Below are positions 54,201 through 61,733 of a DNA stretch of 64,000 nt, one piece after another (positions within the stretch are counted from its first letter, which is position 1; the number at the start of each line of letters is the position of its first letter). The notes beneath the pieces were generated by a model that saw only the letters and a program-made list of their open reading frames with translations, had not been told where the DNA came from and did not search any database. Origin of the DNA: Deltaproteobacteria bacterium (GTDB taxonomy: Bacteria; Desulfobacterota; Desulfobacteria; Desulfobacterales; C00003060); contig JAFDKF010000001.1 in NCBI GenBank assembly GCA_019307135.1, forward strand, positions 6,104-70,103, read 5' to 3'. A program made the translations under genes and the position numbers.

Positions 54201-56287
54201 CAATGTATCTGCTGCCGCATTTCAGGTTTTATGCTACTCAGGACCGCCTCCTGCACCCGGTCGTGAACGAATTGCAATTCATCTTTGCTCTCTATCAGAA
54301 GGCCCCGGCCTAAGGCTGGCTTCAACTTTTCAAATGTATCAAGTAATGTAATTTCTCTGACCAGAGCAACTTCATCCGGTGTAAAGCGGTTTCCCATGCA
54401 AGCGCAGTATTCGAGCAGGTCAATCGTATCAGGAGGCAGTTTTTGTACCTTTGAGCTAAAAAGCGCCACCACCGTAGACGGCATGTCAGACTGGCTGATC
54501 TTATCCATGTCCCAATGCCATTGCATGTTTTCATCTAAAATGAGCAAATTTTCATTATGCAGATATGACAGCATCTCACTTACAAACAAAGGGTTTCCCT
54601 CGGTGAGTTCGGTTATAAAATTGGCTAAGACCTCGGTTTGTGAAAGAGGTGCATCGAGGATATAGGAGACCATCTCGTGGCAGTGCTCGGGTTTAAGAGG
54701 TTCCAACCTGATTTCTTTCAGGGGTTGGCGGTTTTCCTTGATACTTCGCATTAGCTTTGTCAGGGGATGGCTTGAGTCTACCTCGTTATGGCGATAGGCT
54801 CCTAATAAAAAAAGGTATGGGTGCTCCTTGTAGTTGGCAAAGATGTTGGCCAGGAAATCAAACGAGGCAACATCGCACCACTGAAGATCGTCGATGAAAA
54901 GCGCCAGGGGGTTTTCCTCGCTGGCCAGGCAGGTCAAAAAACGGCCAAAGACATCATGGAAGCGGTTTCTGGATTCCACAGGAGGAAGCGGTTTAACCTC
55001 TAATTGAGGGCCGATCAGGGTTTCCAGTTCCGGGATCACGTCGGTGATCACCCGGCCATTGTTTCCAACCGCTTTGATGATCTTTTGCTTCCAGAGAGCG
55101 ACCCTTACATCACTTTCCGTTAAAAAGGTCCTCACCAAATTCCTGAGGGCCTGGATAAGGGAGCTATATGGAATGTTCTTTTGATAGACATCGAATTTCC
55201 CTGAGGTAAAATAGCCCCTGTGCTCCACGATTGGCTTCTGAAGCTCTTGAATCAAGCGGGTTTTTCCAATGCCGGGCAGCCCTGAAATGAATAGGGAGAA
55301 GAAAAAGCCTTTGGCTGCTTCATCATATTCCTCAAGGATAATTTCAGTTTCTGTATCGCGTCCCACCATTTTGGAGACGAAGGTAACCCGATGGGTACGA
55401 TCATAAATCCCCAAAGGAAATTCGCCGATCGTGCCGGTGGCTGAATATTCATCCCGACACCGCATGAGGTCAACCAGAAGCCCGGAAGCGCTCTGGTAAC
55501 GTTTCTCCGGCTGCTTGAGCATTAATTTGCCTATGATCTTGCTTAAAATAGGGGGGATTTTCGGATCCAATTCGTGGGCGGGCGGCGCTTCTTCTGCCAG
55601 GTGGGAATGGATCAATTCGAGAGGATCGGTAGAGAAGAAGGGAAGTCTGCCGGTCAGCACTTCATAGGAGGTAATCCCCAGCGAGTAAAGATCACTTGGA
55701 AAATCGACTTTATGGTTGATGCGCCCGGTCTGTTCGGGAGAGGTATAGGCCAGAGTACCCTCCACATAACTCCGGTCATAAATGAAATGACTCACATCTC
55801 TCACATCGAGGGGGGTTATAAAATCAATCAACCGGACATCGAGGCTTTCCGGCTGAATCAATATATTGTGCGGTTTGATGCCGCCATGAATAATCCCTGC
55901 TTCATGAACTTCATTCAGGACTTCAGTCAGCTTGCAAGCTATGGTGAAAAAATCATTTAAGGTGATCTTAGTTTGTTCTTTGGCCCACTCATCAAGGGTT
56001 ATCCCTTCGAAATAGTCCTGAGTGAAAAAGTGGATATCCCCTCTGACATTAAAGGATAAAGGCGTGATAAGGTGGGTATCATGTAAGACCTTGAGATGCT
56101 CCATTTTTTGTCGAAAGTGTCTTTTTTGGCCTTTGGACAGGGAGATCGTTTTTAGAATCTTGAGAACCAATGGCCGATTAGGAATTTTTTTGTGAAAGGC
56201 CTTATAGACGACGGATTGGGGGCTCTCGCCCAACTTTTCAATAATGTCATAACCAGGAATTATTGTTATTATTTCGTCCATATTCAA
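51203..56287 (-). CDS. 1694-aa signalling protein: degenerate Ser/Thr-kinase-like domain, AAA/STAND ATPase, TPR-like region, GAF, and HisKA_2-type histidine kinase
   Basis: The kinase-like N-terminus has HGGIKPHN in place of HRDxKPxN and DFI in place of DFG. Walker A GLPGIGKT. GAF region. HHRVKNNLQVISSLL H-box and a C-terminal HATPase (ISDNGVGFP). Confidence 0.85.
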   Translation of the reverse strand: MNMDEIITIIPGYDIIEKLGESPQSVVYKAFHKKIPNRPLVLKILKTISLSKGQKRHFRQKMEHLKVLHDTHLITPLSFNVRGDIHFFTQDYFEGITLDEWAKEQTKITLNDFFTIACKLTEVLNEVHEAGIIHGGIKPHNILIQPESLDVRLIDFITPLDVRDVSHFIYDRSYVEGTLAYTSPEQTGRINHKVDFPSDLYSLGITSYEVLTGRLPFFSTDPLELIHSHLAEEAPPAHELDPKIPPILSKIIGKLMLKQPEKRYQSASGLLVDLMRCRDEYSATGTIGEFPLGIYDRTHRVTFVSKMVGRDTETEIILEEYDEAAKGFFFSLFISGLPGIGKTRLIQELQKPIVEHRGYFTSGKFDVYQKNIPYSSLIQALRNLVRTFLTESDVRVALWKQKIIKAVGNNGRVITDVIPELETLIGPQLEVKPLPPVESRNRFHDVFGRFLTCLASEENPLALFIDDLQWCDVASFDFLANIFANYKEHPYLFLLGAYRHNEVDSSHPLTKLMRSIKENRQPLKEIRLEPLKPEHCHEMVSYILDAPLSQTEVLANFITELTEGNPLFVSEMLSYLHNENLLILDENMQWHWDMDKISQSDMPSTVVALFSSKVQKLPPDTIDLLEYCACMGNRFTPDEVALVREITLLDTFEKLKPALGRGLLIESKDELQFVHDRVQEAVLSSIKPEMRQQIHWQIGNHLLSAVPKGADLEKLDNLFTIVSHLNLGRQRTLDRETAYQLSDINHHAGNKALDSLATEAANEYFRQSLQFLPDDCWEIQYDRTFKIFQKLAKTELMCGRYQSSEKLLNQLLDHAKTDLDKAEALAEQTTSLSSIGNFIKAIETANRGLAFFGKSIPDDPELAEKKREQLMNEINSQYGSKIWDTILNMPFARERKSEIELAFYSELIPDLYISGLVPQLYLSAVQSTQHCLEGGMDESVIYSFSIMGLYLGEQEKFDQVFRYEELALNLCERYPNTFGATRGMNGVAWVTMHTRNHPEELAKHCLKAIECGKNCGDLYNAGLSYGPLMWGLQVQGANLLAVEEYVKECLQFSQKYHLSFSVALAEAMQAGWVAPMKKNYTSVPMEEKIKKWERENHVSAAGSYFVHMALTRYYLGEYEKAEQYLLEVRRYLRGLTDHLLKRQWHAFQVLNALRLYARGIIYKSKEELLSFIQPLIKKVETWAQYGPMLKPYLAFIYAELERFTGDFRKARSLYFDAIAIAHEQRFTLLEGHLNECRGELLKDAGLGTAGVYLQEAARLYKKCHAERKEIFIMEKHPEYFEEEAPAYMPVEAEPVEAEPAAYTLPCLDADYLMKSSVAISAEIDPDVLLRKIMNVALEASGAQHGYLLIEEDSSLIIRAESHVTEKDVVRTVKYDLEDATDVCKAIIRYVHRTKEKVALNNASEEGEFKDNPEVQAMGLRSVLCLPLIKQSELIGILYLENRLSDSVFTSEKARMTELLASQAAISLENARLVDEMKKAKEQIKGSLQEKEVLLKEIHHRVKNNLQVISSLLNLQLGYIEDKHGIEIFKESQNRVKSMALIHEKLYESKDLSRIDFAEYIRSLATSLFRSYGVSPDAIILKINGDDVLLGIDTAIPCALIINELISNSLKHAFTASKEGEIRINLRSDNDDKFILIISDNGVGFPKDLDFENAETLGLQLVITLAKQLKGTIELDTNNGTEFKITFAPIEIRKK

Positions 56288-56418
56288 GGTTCACCTCCTT
56301 GCTTAAAGCCATATCAGGCTGTTCAATAATCCACATTCGCCTTGAAATGATGTTCTTTCTTATAACCCGAGGTTTCATACATGGTCAAGTCAAAGCCGAT
56401 ATTTTCGACTCTTGAATG

Positions 56419-56476
56419 AATCATTGAAAATTTCAATAACAATCACCCAATAATGTTGATATTACCTATTTGACAT
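56419..56476 (+). promoter_or_regulatory. Conserved regulatory module copy 1: palindrome ATTGAA-N3-TTCAAT, ATCACCCAA box, TTGACA
   Basis: ATTGAAAATTTCAAT (56423-56437), then TTGACA (56470-75) at a 32-nt gap. It aligns over about 58 nt with 63298-63355. It lies in the divergent region between the giant kinase gene and yedF. Confidence 0.6.
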
Positions 56477-56596
56477 TTATGTGGACATTATTAGAAGGTC
56501 CTTCTAAAATCCGAAATACTATAATGGGGTAATCGGCTGAATTACGAAAATCATGCCTGAAAGCCCCTGAGTTGAATTACCAAGAGGAGAGGTCGT

Positions 56597-57193
56597 GTGG
56601 AAACATTGAATTGCCGGGGGCTTGCCTGTCCCCAGCCGGTGCTCAGGACCAAGCACTTTGTTGAATCCAATCCCCAGGCCCCTAAATTCACAGTGGTGGT
56701 GGACAATGCCGCCTCGGCCCAAAACGTCGTCCGGTTTCTGGAAAGCCGGGGCTTCAGTGCGTCTCTTCACCAAGAGGGCACTGACTTTGAGATCAAGGCC
56801 GTAAAGTCTGACGAAAGCCGTGGAGAAGCCCCCGGGAAAGAGGAGGCTAAATCGAGCGAGAAGATGCTGGTGCTGGTTACCAAGAGCACCATGGGTTCCG
56901 GAGATGATGTGCTGGGAGAAGGCCTCATGTTCAATTTTTTGAATACCCTCGACGAGATGGGGGAGGTTCTCTGGAGATTGGTCTTCCTTAACAGCGGGGT
57001 AAAGCTGACGATTGAGGGGGCCAGGACTCTGCCTGCCATACAACAGCTGGAGGCCCAGGGTGTTAGCGTCCTGGTGTGCGGCACCTGCCTGACTCATTTC
57101 AACCTGCTAGAGCAAAAGAGGGTGGGTGAGACCACCAACATGCTTGATATTGTGACAAGCCTGCAGCTTGCCGACAAGGTGATAAGCGTATAG
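56597..57193 (+). CDS. yedF: Sulfurtransferase-like selenium metabolism protein YedF
   Basis: GTG start preceded by AGAGGAGAGG. N-terminal TusA/SirA motif CRGLACPQP. C-terminal DsrE-like half with FLNSGVKLT, CGTCLTHF and ETTNMLDIV. Confidence 0.85.
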   Translation: METLNCRGLACPQPVLRTKHFVESNPQAPKFTVVVDNAASAQNVVRFLESRGFSASLHQEGTDFEIKAVKSDESRGEAPGKEEAKSSEKMLVLVTKSTMGSGDDVLGEGLMFNFLNTLDEMGEVLWRLVFLNSGVKLTIEGARTLPAIQQLEAQGVSVLVCGTCLTHFNLLEQKRVGETTNMLDIVTSLQLADKVISV

Positions 57194-57261
57194 GATTTCC
57201 ATTTCTTAGACAGGATAAATAAAAATCATAAAAATCATGTAAATCCTGTCAAAAAAAACCC

Positions 57262-57464
57262 TGCCGCAGGAATGCTGAAAAGGGTCTCTGTGAAAGAGCC
57301 GATTGTATTTGCTGGCGGTGTGGCTCGAAATGTGTGCATGCGCCGTCTATTGGAAGCGACCCTCGAAAAAAAAGATAACGGGTCCAGAAAATCCACAGAT
57401 GGTAGGTGCCTTAGGTGCGGCACCGCTGGCAGCACGTCAATATAAAGCCGATAAGCAAGCCTAA
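57262..57464 (+). pseudogene. 3' fragment of a BadF/BadG/BcrA/BcrD (HgdC-like) activase ATPase, frameshifted in an A8 run
   Basis: ..KEPIVFAGGVARNVCMRRLLEATLEKK reads into an A8 run (57366-57373). The +1 frame continues ITGPENPQMVGALGAAPLAARQYK*. The N-terminal two-thirds of the gene is absent. Confidence 0.6.
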
Positions 57465-57800
57465 AGGCTTGCCCTACGTGTAGCGCAGGGCTTTAGGTTT
57501 GCATGGCGGACGGCAAGGCTGATGCCTTGCGCTACGTTTCTCGTTCCCATGCTCTGCGTGGGAACGCATACCACCGGGCGCTCTGCGCCCGTACATGATT
57601 CCAATATGAACTCCTCATGGGCGGTTCCTGCGCTATCACAAACGCAGAGCGTCAAGCGGATCGGGTTCCGACGCAGAGCATCGGAACCAGAATGATTCGC
57701 CTCTGGCGGATCACCCCCACCCTAGCCATGTAGCGAGCCCCTGTAGCAAGGGCTTTAGCCGTGCATGGCGAGTTTCACCTTGTGGAAGAAGGCACGTTTT
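57465..57800. repeat. Mosaic of palindromic REP-like modules (GTTCCCAYGC...GCGTGGGAAC, GGGCGCTCTGCGCCC, CATGTAGCGAG types)
   Basis: CGTTCCCATGCTCTGCGTGGGAACG, CGGGCGCTCTGCGCCCG, GGTTCCGACGCAGAGCATCGGAACC, CCATGTAGCGAGCCCCTGTAGCAAGGGC. The same module types recur at 63400-63620. Confidence 0.8.
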
Positions 57801-57857
57801 TAATGTGGACGAACTTGCGTGCCTCTTTGTTAATGATGTATAGATGTTAGGCAAAAA

Positions 57858-58322
57858 ATGGCAACACAGGCTATAACATTTCTTAATCAAAAAGGGATTC
57901 ATTTTGAAGTCATCGAATATGAGCACAAAGAAAAAGGGGCCGTGTTTGCAGCGGAAGCTATGGGATTGCCACTCGAAAGAACAATCAAGACGCTGGTTGT
58001 TGATCTGGGTCGAAAGCGTTACATCATTGTGCTCATGCCAGGAGACAAGAATGTAGACTTAAAAAGCCTTGCCAGGGCCTATTCAGTGCAAAGGGCTGCA
58101 ATGGCAGACACATCAACTGCGGAGCGCCTGACCGGGTATTTGGTGGGAGGCATCAGTCCTTTTGGGACGAAACAGAATTTGCCGGTTGTCATGGAAGCAG
58201 GTCTCTTAAAATTTGACAAGGTGGCTATAAATGCCGGTGAAAGAGGAGTTATGCTGATTATGGACCCGAAGGATATATTGCTGGCAGTTAATGGAGATGT
58301 CCTGGGGATTCCCCAAAATTAA
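57858..58322 (+). CDS. ybaK: YbaK-type Cys-tRNA(Pro)/aminoacyl-tRNA deacylase
   Basis: About 154 aa. N-terminal TQAITFLNQKGIHFEVIEYEH and the GGISPFG motif. Confidence 0.8.
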   Translation: MATQAITFLNQKGIHFEVIEYEHKEKGAVFAAEAMGLPLERTIKTLVVDLGRKRYIIVLMPGDKNVDLKSLARAYSVQRAAMADTSTAERLTGYLVGGISPFGTKQNLPVVMEAGLLKFDKVAINAGERGVMLIMDPKDILLAVNGDVLGIPQN

Positions 58323-58337
58323 GTGACTAATTGTATA

Positions 58338-58574
58338 GAAATTTCGGCATCCTTCACAGAAGCCCAAAAGTAGTTTACACTTTTTGGCCTCGATCATTGT
58401 TTGGGCCAATTTGTGGGAGCGGCTTTCCAGCCGCGACAATCGCGGCAAGAATGCCGCTTCCACACACATGTTGAAGTTGCCAAAACCATAATGAAAGCCG
58501 AAAGGGGTTGGAACATAACCTTTTCGTCTGTATGGAAAAAGTGTAAACAGCAAGATGAAGGATGCCGAAATTTC
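58338..58574. mobile_element. MITE-like nested palindromic element C (237 bp)
   Basis: Perfect 19-bp TIR GAAATTTCGGCATCCTTCA (58338-56) / TGAAGGATGCCGAAATTTC (58556-74). Inner inverted repeat GTTTACACTTTTT / AAAAAGTGTAAAC. The core is the palindrome GTGGGAGCGGCTTTCCAGCCGCGA...GCCGCTTCCACAC, which also occurs at 25421-25470. Confidence 0.75.
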
Positions 58575-58643
58575 CTTTTTTTTAAGTCCGCCGGAGGCGG
58601 ACGTTATATAAAATCGCACTGCGATTTTATAAGGGAGAAAACC

Positions 58644-59693
58644 ATGACAGACCAAAAAGGTCTTCGCCTCACGGAGACTGTTAGCGGCTCAGGTTGAGCC
58701 TCAAAACTGCCTCCAGGGGACCTGGAGATGGGACTGTGCGGACTCGAAATTCCGACTGATTCGAGTGTGATTGTGGGGATGGACCGGCCGGACGACGCTG
58801 GGGTTTACAAAATCAGTGATGATCTCGCCATTATCCAGACCGTGGATTTCTTTACCCCCATTGTAGATGATCCTTACTGGTTCGGGCAGATCGCTGCGGC
58901 CAATGCCTTAAGCGATGTCTATGCCATGGGAGGGGTTCCTAAAACAGCCATGAATCTGGTAGCCTTCCCGTTGAAACAAATGGACATGTCCGTGCTCCGG
59001 CAGATCCTTCAGGGAGGATTGGACAAAATGAAAGAGGCTGGAGTGGTTCTGCTCGGAGGACATAGTGTGGAGGACAATGAACTCAAATACGGTCTGTCTG
59101 TCACTGGCTTCATTCACCCGGATCGTGTCCTCACGAAGAAGGACCTCAAGGTTGGAGATCGTCTGATACTGACCAAGCCGCTCGGTACCGGTATCATTAA
59201 CACCGCTATTAAAGGCGGGCTCGCCTCCGCCGAAATCATAGAAACCGTCACCCATCTCATGGCCGCCCTTAACCGCGATGCGGCAAAGGTAATGCACGAT
59301 TACCCTGTGCACGCCTGCACAGATATTACCGGTTTTGGTCTGCTGGGTCATCTTGCGGAAATGGTGATGGATTCCGAATTCGGGGTGGAGATTCAGGCAA
59401 ATAGGGTTCCTCTTTTACCGGAAGCCCTGGAATATGCTGCGATGGGGCTGGTGCCGGCCGGACTTTATAAAAACCGGGAGTTTCGCCAGGCCATGGTGGA
59501 TATATCGCCTTCTGTGGACACCTTCATTCAGGACATTCTCTTTGACCCGCAGACATCCGGAGGCCTGCTGATCTGTGTAGCCAGAGAAAGCGCCGATGAT
59601 CTGGTGGACAGATTAAAGGAAAAAGGGATGGATAAAACGGCAATCATAGGAGAGGTGTTGTCTGAACCAAAAGGAAGAATTGTGGTAACTTAG
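58644..59693 (+). CDS. selD: Selenide, water dikinase SelD, selenocysteine-containing form (in-frame UGA at 58695-58697)
   Basis: ATG 58644 is preceded by AAGGGAG. MTDQKGLRLTETVSGSG-U-ASKLPPGDLE aligns to the E. coli-type ..RLTQYSHGAG-C-GCKISP.., so UGA falls on the catalytic Cys/Sec and the Lys is conserved. It is in the same frame as ORF-track ORF 58728..59693. 349 codons. Confidence 0.85.
58698..58740 (+). promoter_or_regulatory. Candidate bacterial SECIS hairpin downstream of the selD UGA
   Basis: CTCCAGG-GGA-CCTGGAG (58711-58727), a 6-7 bp stem with a G-rich loop, starts 13 nt after the UGA. The position fits a SECIS, but the structure was folded by eye only. Confidence 0.45.
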
Positions 59694-59753
59694 TTTGCTC
59701 CGCTCATCCGCAAAAGGCGGAAATTGACTCAAATCCTGCAGAGCTTTCGCAAT

Positions 59754-59825
59754 GTCATTGCGAGGAGCGGAGCGACGTGGCAATCCCATCACCTGGAGAT
59801 TGCTTCGCCTTCGGCTCGGAATGAC
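59754..59825. repeat. Nested palindromic REP (GTCATTGCGAGG...CTCGGAATGAC type)
   Basis: GTCATTGCGAG / CTCGGAATGAC are 10/11 complementary. The inner pair is GCAATC / GATTGC. It shares GTCATT...AATGAC ends with the cores of elements A and B. Confidence 0.75.
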
Positions 59826-59900
59826 AGGATTGACAGGCATTTTCAGCCGGCCATTGCGCAATTCGGGATTGATGGAGTAATGGAGTGGTGGAGTAATGGG

Positions 59901-60245
59901 CTAAGAGGTTAGGATTTTCTTCCTAAACTCTTGCCAGAGATCTATCAAGCCAAGTCCTTTGAATGTCTTTTCTGCCTCATCTCTGGAGATTTTCCGGATA
60001 AACTCTTCTGATTTCTGTATAGAATAAACCCCTTCCGATGCCAGCATAAAATCGCATGTAGGGCAACTCACATCCGTGCCCTGTTTTTGTCTCTGCTCTT
60101 GTTTTTTGAATGCCCTGGCTAATTGGCCCCCTTTTGCTAGAAATAGGATATCCTGTCCCCGGTCAAGGACAACGACATAATACGTGCTTCCACGAGCCAA
60201 AAGAGACAGATTCCCTTTTTTCTCCCTTTTTGCCAATACTTCCAA
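59901..60245 (-). CDS. Hypothetical protein downstream of the tusA-like gene (start uncertain)
   Basis: The 179-aa ORF-track ORF (59901..60440) overlaps the tusA-like gene for about 190 nt in another frame. Only the non-overlapping part (possible TTG 60245 or 60236, or ATT 60269) is likely to be coding. No motif recognised. Confidence 0.35.
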   Translation of the reverse strand: MEVLAKREKKGNLSLLARGSTYYVVVLDRGQDILFLAKGGQLARAFKKQEQRQKQGTDVSCPTCDFMLASEGVYSIQKSEEFIRKISRDEAEKTFKGLGLIDLWQEFRKKILTS

Positions 60246-60250
60246 TATTT

Positions 60251-60475
60251 CTATGACTTCTTGATCAATAACCTTATTATCTCTTCCTCCTCGGCAATGT
60301 TGACAATCTCGTGGCCTTTGCTCGTAGCAAGCCTCCTCACATTCTCCTTTGATGGTGGATAATCGACTATCACTTCTAAGGTCTCTCCTGATTTCATTTT
60401 CGCCAATGCCTCGTTGGTCTTCATCACAGGCAAGGGACAAACCTCACCACATACATCTAAGGTTACGTCGGGCAT
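60251..60475 (-). CDS. TusA/SirA-family sulfur (or selenium) carrier protein
   Basis: LDVCGEVCPLPVMKT contains the CPxP active-site motif. 74 aa. Strong AGGAGG RBS. Confidence 0.85.
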   Translation of the reverse strand: MPDVTLDVCGEVCPLPVMKTNEALAKMKSGETLEVIVDYPPSKENVRRLATSKGHEIVNIAEEEEIIRLLIKKS

Positions 60476-60503
60476 AACATTTACCTCCTAACCCGGACAA
60501 GCC

Positions 60504-60657
60504 GGAAATCCGAAGCACGAAATCCGAAATTCGAAACAAATTCAAATGACAGAAATTCCAAATCCAAAACAAAAGCTGCATGGTTGTTACAGAATAACTG
60601 TTTTGAACATTTGATATTCGGATTTGTTTCGGATTTCGATATTCGGATTTCGAATTT
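60504..60657. repeat. Long imperfect inverted repeat of GAAATCCGAA / TTCGGATTTC units
   Basis: The left arm (60504-60548) and right arm (60609-60657) are built from complementary short units. It lies between the yedE-like gene and the tusA-like gene. The core AAAATCCGAAAT also occurs at 39131-39142 and 56508-56519. Confidence 0.7.
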
Positions 60658-60697
60658 ACTTTCTGCCATAAAAAGCATAAAATTGATTGTTAACGAA

Positions 60698-61228
60698 CTA
60701 ACCTAAAACCGCTTTAATAAGGGGGGCGACAAACCTGTGAAAAATTATAGCCCCCAAGGCAAATCCTACAAGATAGACTATGGCACTCTTACTTCCTTCA
60801 GCGGCCATTATATGTTGCCTGAAGGGACAGCCCCCAGCAATGCAGGAAAAAAAACCAAGGCCAAATCCGCCCACTATGGCAAGGGTTATGTGTGCCCACG
60901 CCTTTGGAGACCAGGTTATGGGGTCTCCAGGCACAGGTAATAATGAACTGGGGCTTGCTGTCACTCCCATACCTGCCCACTTTTTGGCAAAGACCTCACC
61001 GCCATCCAGAAACCAGGGAAAGGTCTTAATGGCAGGGGATACAAATTGAAACAGTATAAATCCTGCAAGGGCGCATACCAGGAAGGCAAATAGCCCTTTG
61101 ATCAGGTATGTGTCCTTTACCAGATAATAATCCCTCATTCCTCCTACAAAGCACATCCTTGCCCGTTGGCCAAGGTATCCCATTATTAACCCCAGAAAGA
61201 TAGTGGCAATTGGTGGTAATAAGTCCAT
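60698..61228 (-). CDS. YeeE/YedE-family membrane protein, half-size subunit B
   Basis: Polytopic. Conserved-Cys motifs RMCFVGGMRD and GGCPFRQ, typical of the sulfur/selenium transport (Sulf_transp) domain. Confidence 0.75.
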   Translation of the reverse strand: MDLLPPIATIFLGLIMGYLGQRARMCFVGGMRDYYLVKDTYLIKGLFAFLVCALAGFILFQFVSPAIKTFPWFLDGGEVFAKKWAGMGVTASPSSLLPVPGDPITWSPKAWAHITLAIVGGFGLGFFSCIAGGCPFRQHIMAAEGSKSAIVYLVGFALGAIIFHRFVAPLIKAVLG

Positions 61229-61238
61229 TGTTACCTCC

Positions 61239-61733
61239 TCAGCTTAGTTTCCTTAGTACCTGACATCCCACAAAAACCCCCACTCCGATCATTATAAGGC
61301 CTATGATGGCTGTTATATCCAGGTATACAGCCTTAAGCGCTGTCCTGACGGGACATCCACCAAAAGTTAAGGCCGATATCATTACCAGTATCCCCAGGAA
61401 AAACTCCGCCCACGGTTTTTGCCACCATACCCTCATGACTTTCCACTTAAACTCCTTATTGACTGAGGCAGCTATAACTGCCCCAATCAATATTCCTACA
61501 ATGGTAAGCAACGGAAAGTTATAAGAGACCGGGCCGCCGGGTATTATCATGGCGCCACTGGCCTTCAGGCCATATATGGGGCTTATGTGAGCCGTCACCC
61601 AGTTCACCATGTCTCTCATATGGCAGGCGATACAGATACCATAGGCTGGTGGAGGTATCACGTGAAAGAATGCCTGGCCAGCAGCGCCCAGTAAACCAAA
61701 AATGCCTCCTGCTATTGCGGCTGTCATGCGCAT
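61239..61733 (-). CDS. YeeE/YedE-family membrane protein, half-size subunit A
   Basis: Polytopic. Motifs CIACHMRD and GGCPVRT parallel those of the adjacent gene. 10-nt gap to subunit B. Confidence 0.75.
   Translation of the reverse strand: MRMTAAIAGGIFGLLGAAGQAFFHVIPPPAYGICIACHMRDMVNWVTAHISPIYGLKASGAMIIPGGPVSYNFPLLTIVGILIGAVIAASVNKEFKWKVMRVWWQKPWAEFFLGILVMISALTFGGCPVRTALKAVYLDITAIIGLIMIGVGVFVGCQVLRKLS

Noticed and set aside
56519-57097. 192-aa and 105-aa minus-strand ORFs opposite yedF
   Set aside because: They are antisense to a gene with strong family motifs (CPxP, CGTC, NMLDIV) and have no motifs of their own.
57461-57926. ORFs 57461..57655 and 57711..57926; also 63356..63592 and 63417..63614
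   Set aside because: They are translations of REP mosaics (e.g. ..SHALRGNG.., ..PRSAWER..). Overlapping ORFs on repeat palindromes, without RBS.
58401-58697. 98-aa ORF ending at TGA 58697 taken as an independent gene
   Set aside because: Its upstream two-thirds is a translation of MITE-like element C. Only the last 17 codons (from ATG 58644) are real coding sequence, namely the selD N-terminus preceding the Sec codon.
59901-60440. Full-length 179-aa ORF overlapping the tusA-like gene
   Set aside because: The upstream ~65 codons overlap a well-supported tusA-like gene (strong RBS, CPxP motif) in another frame. Only the downstream part is retained, at low confidence.
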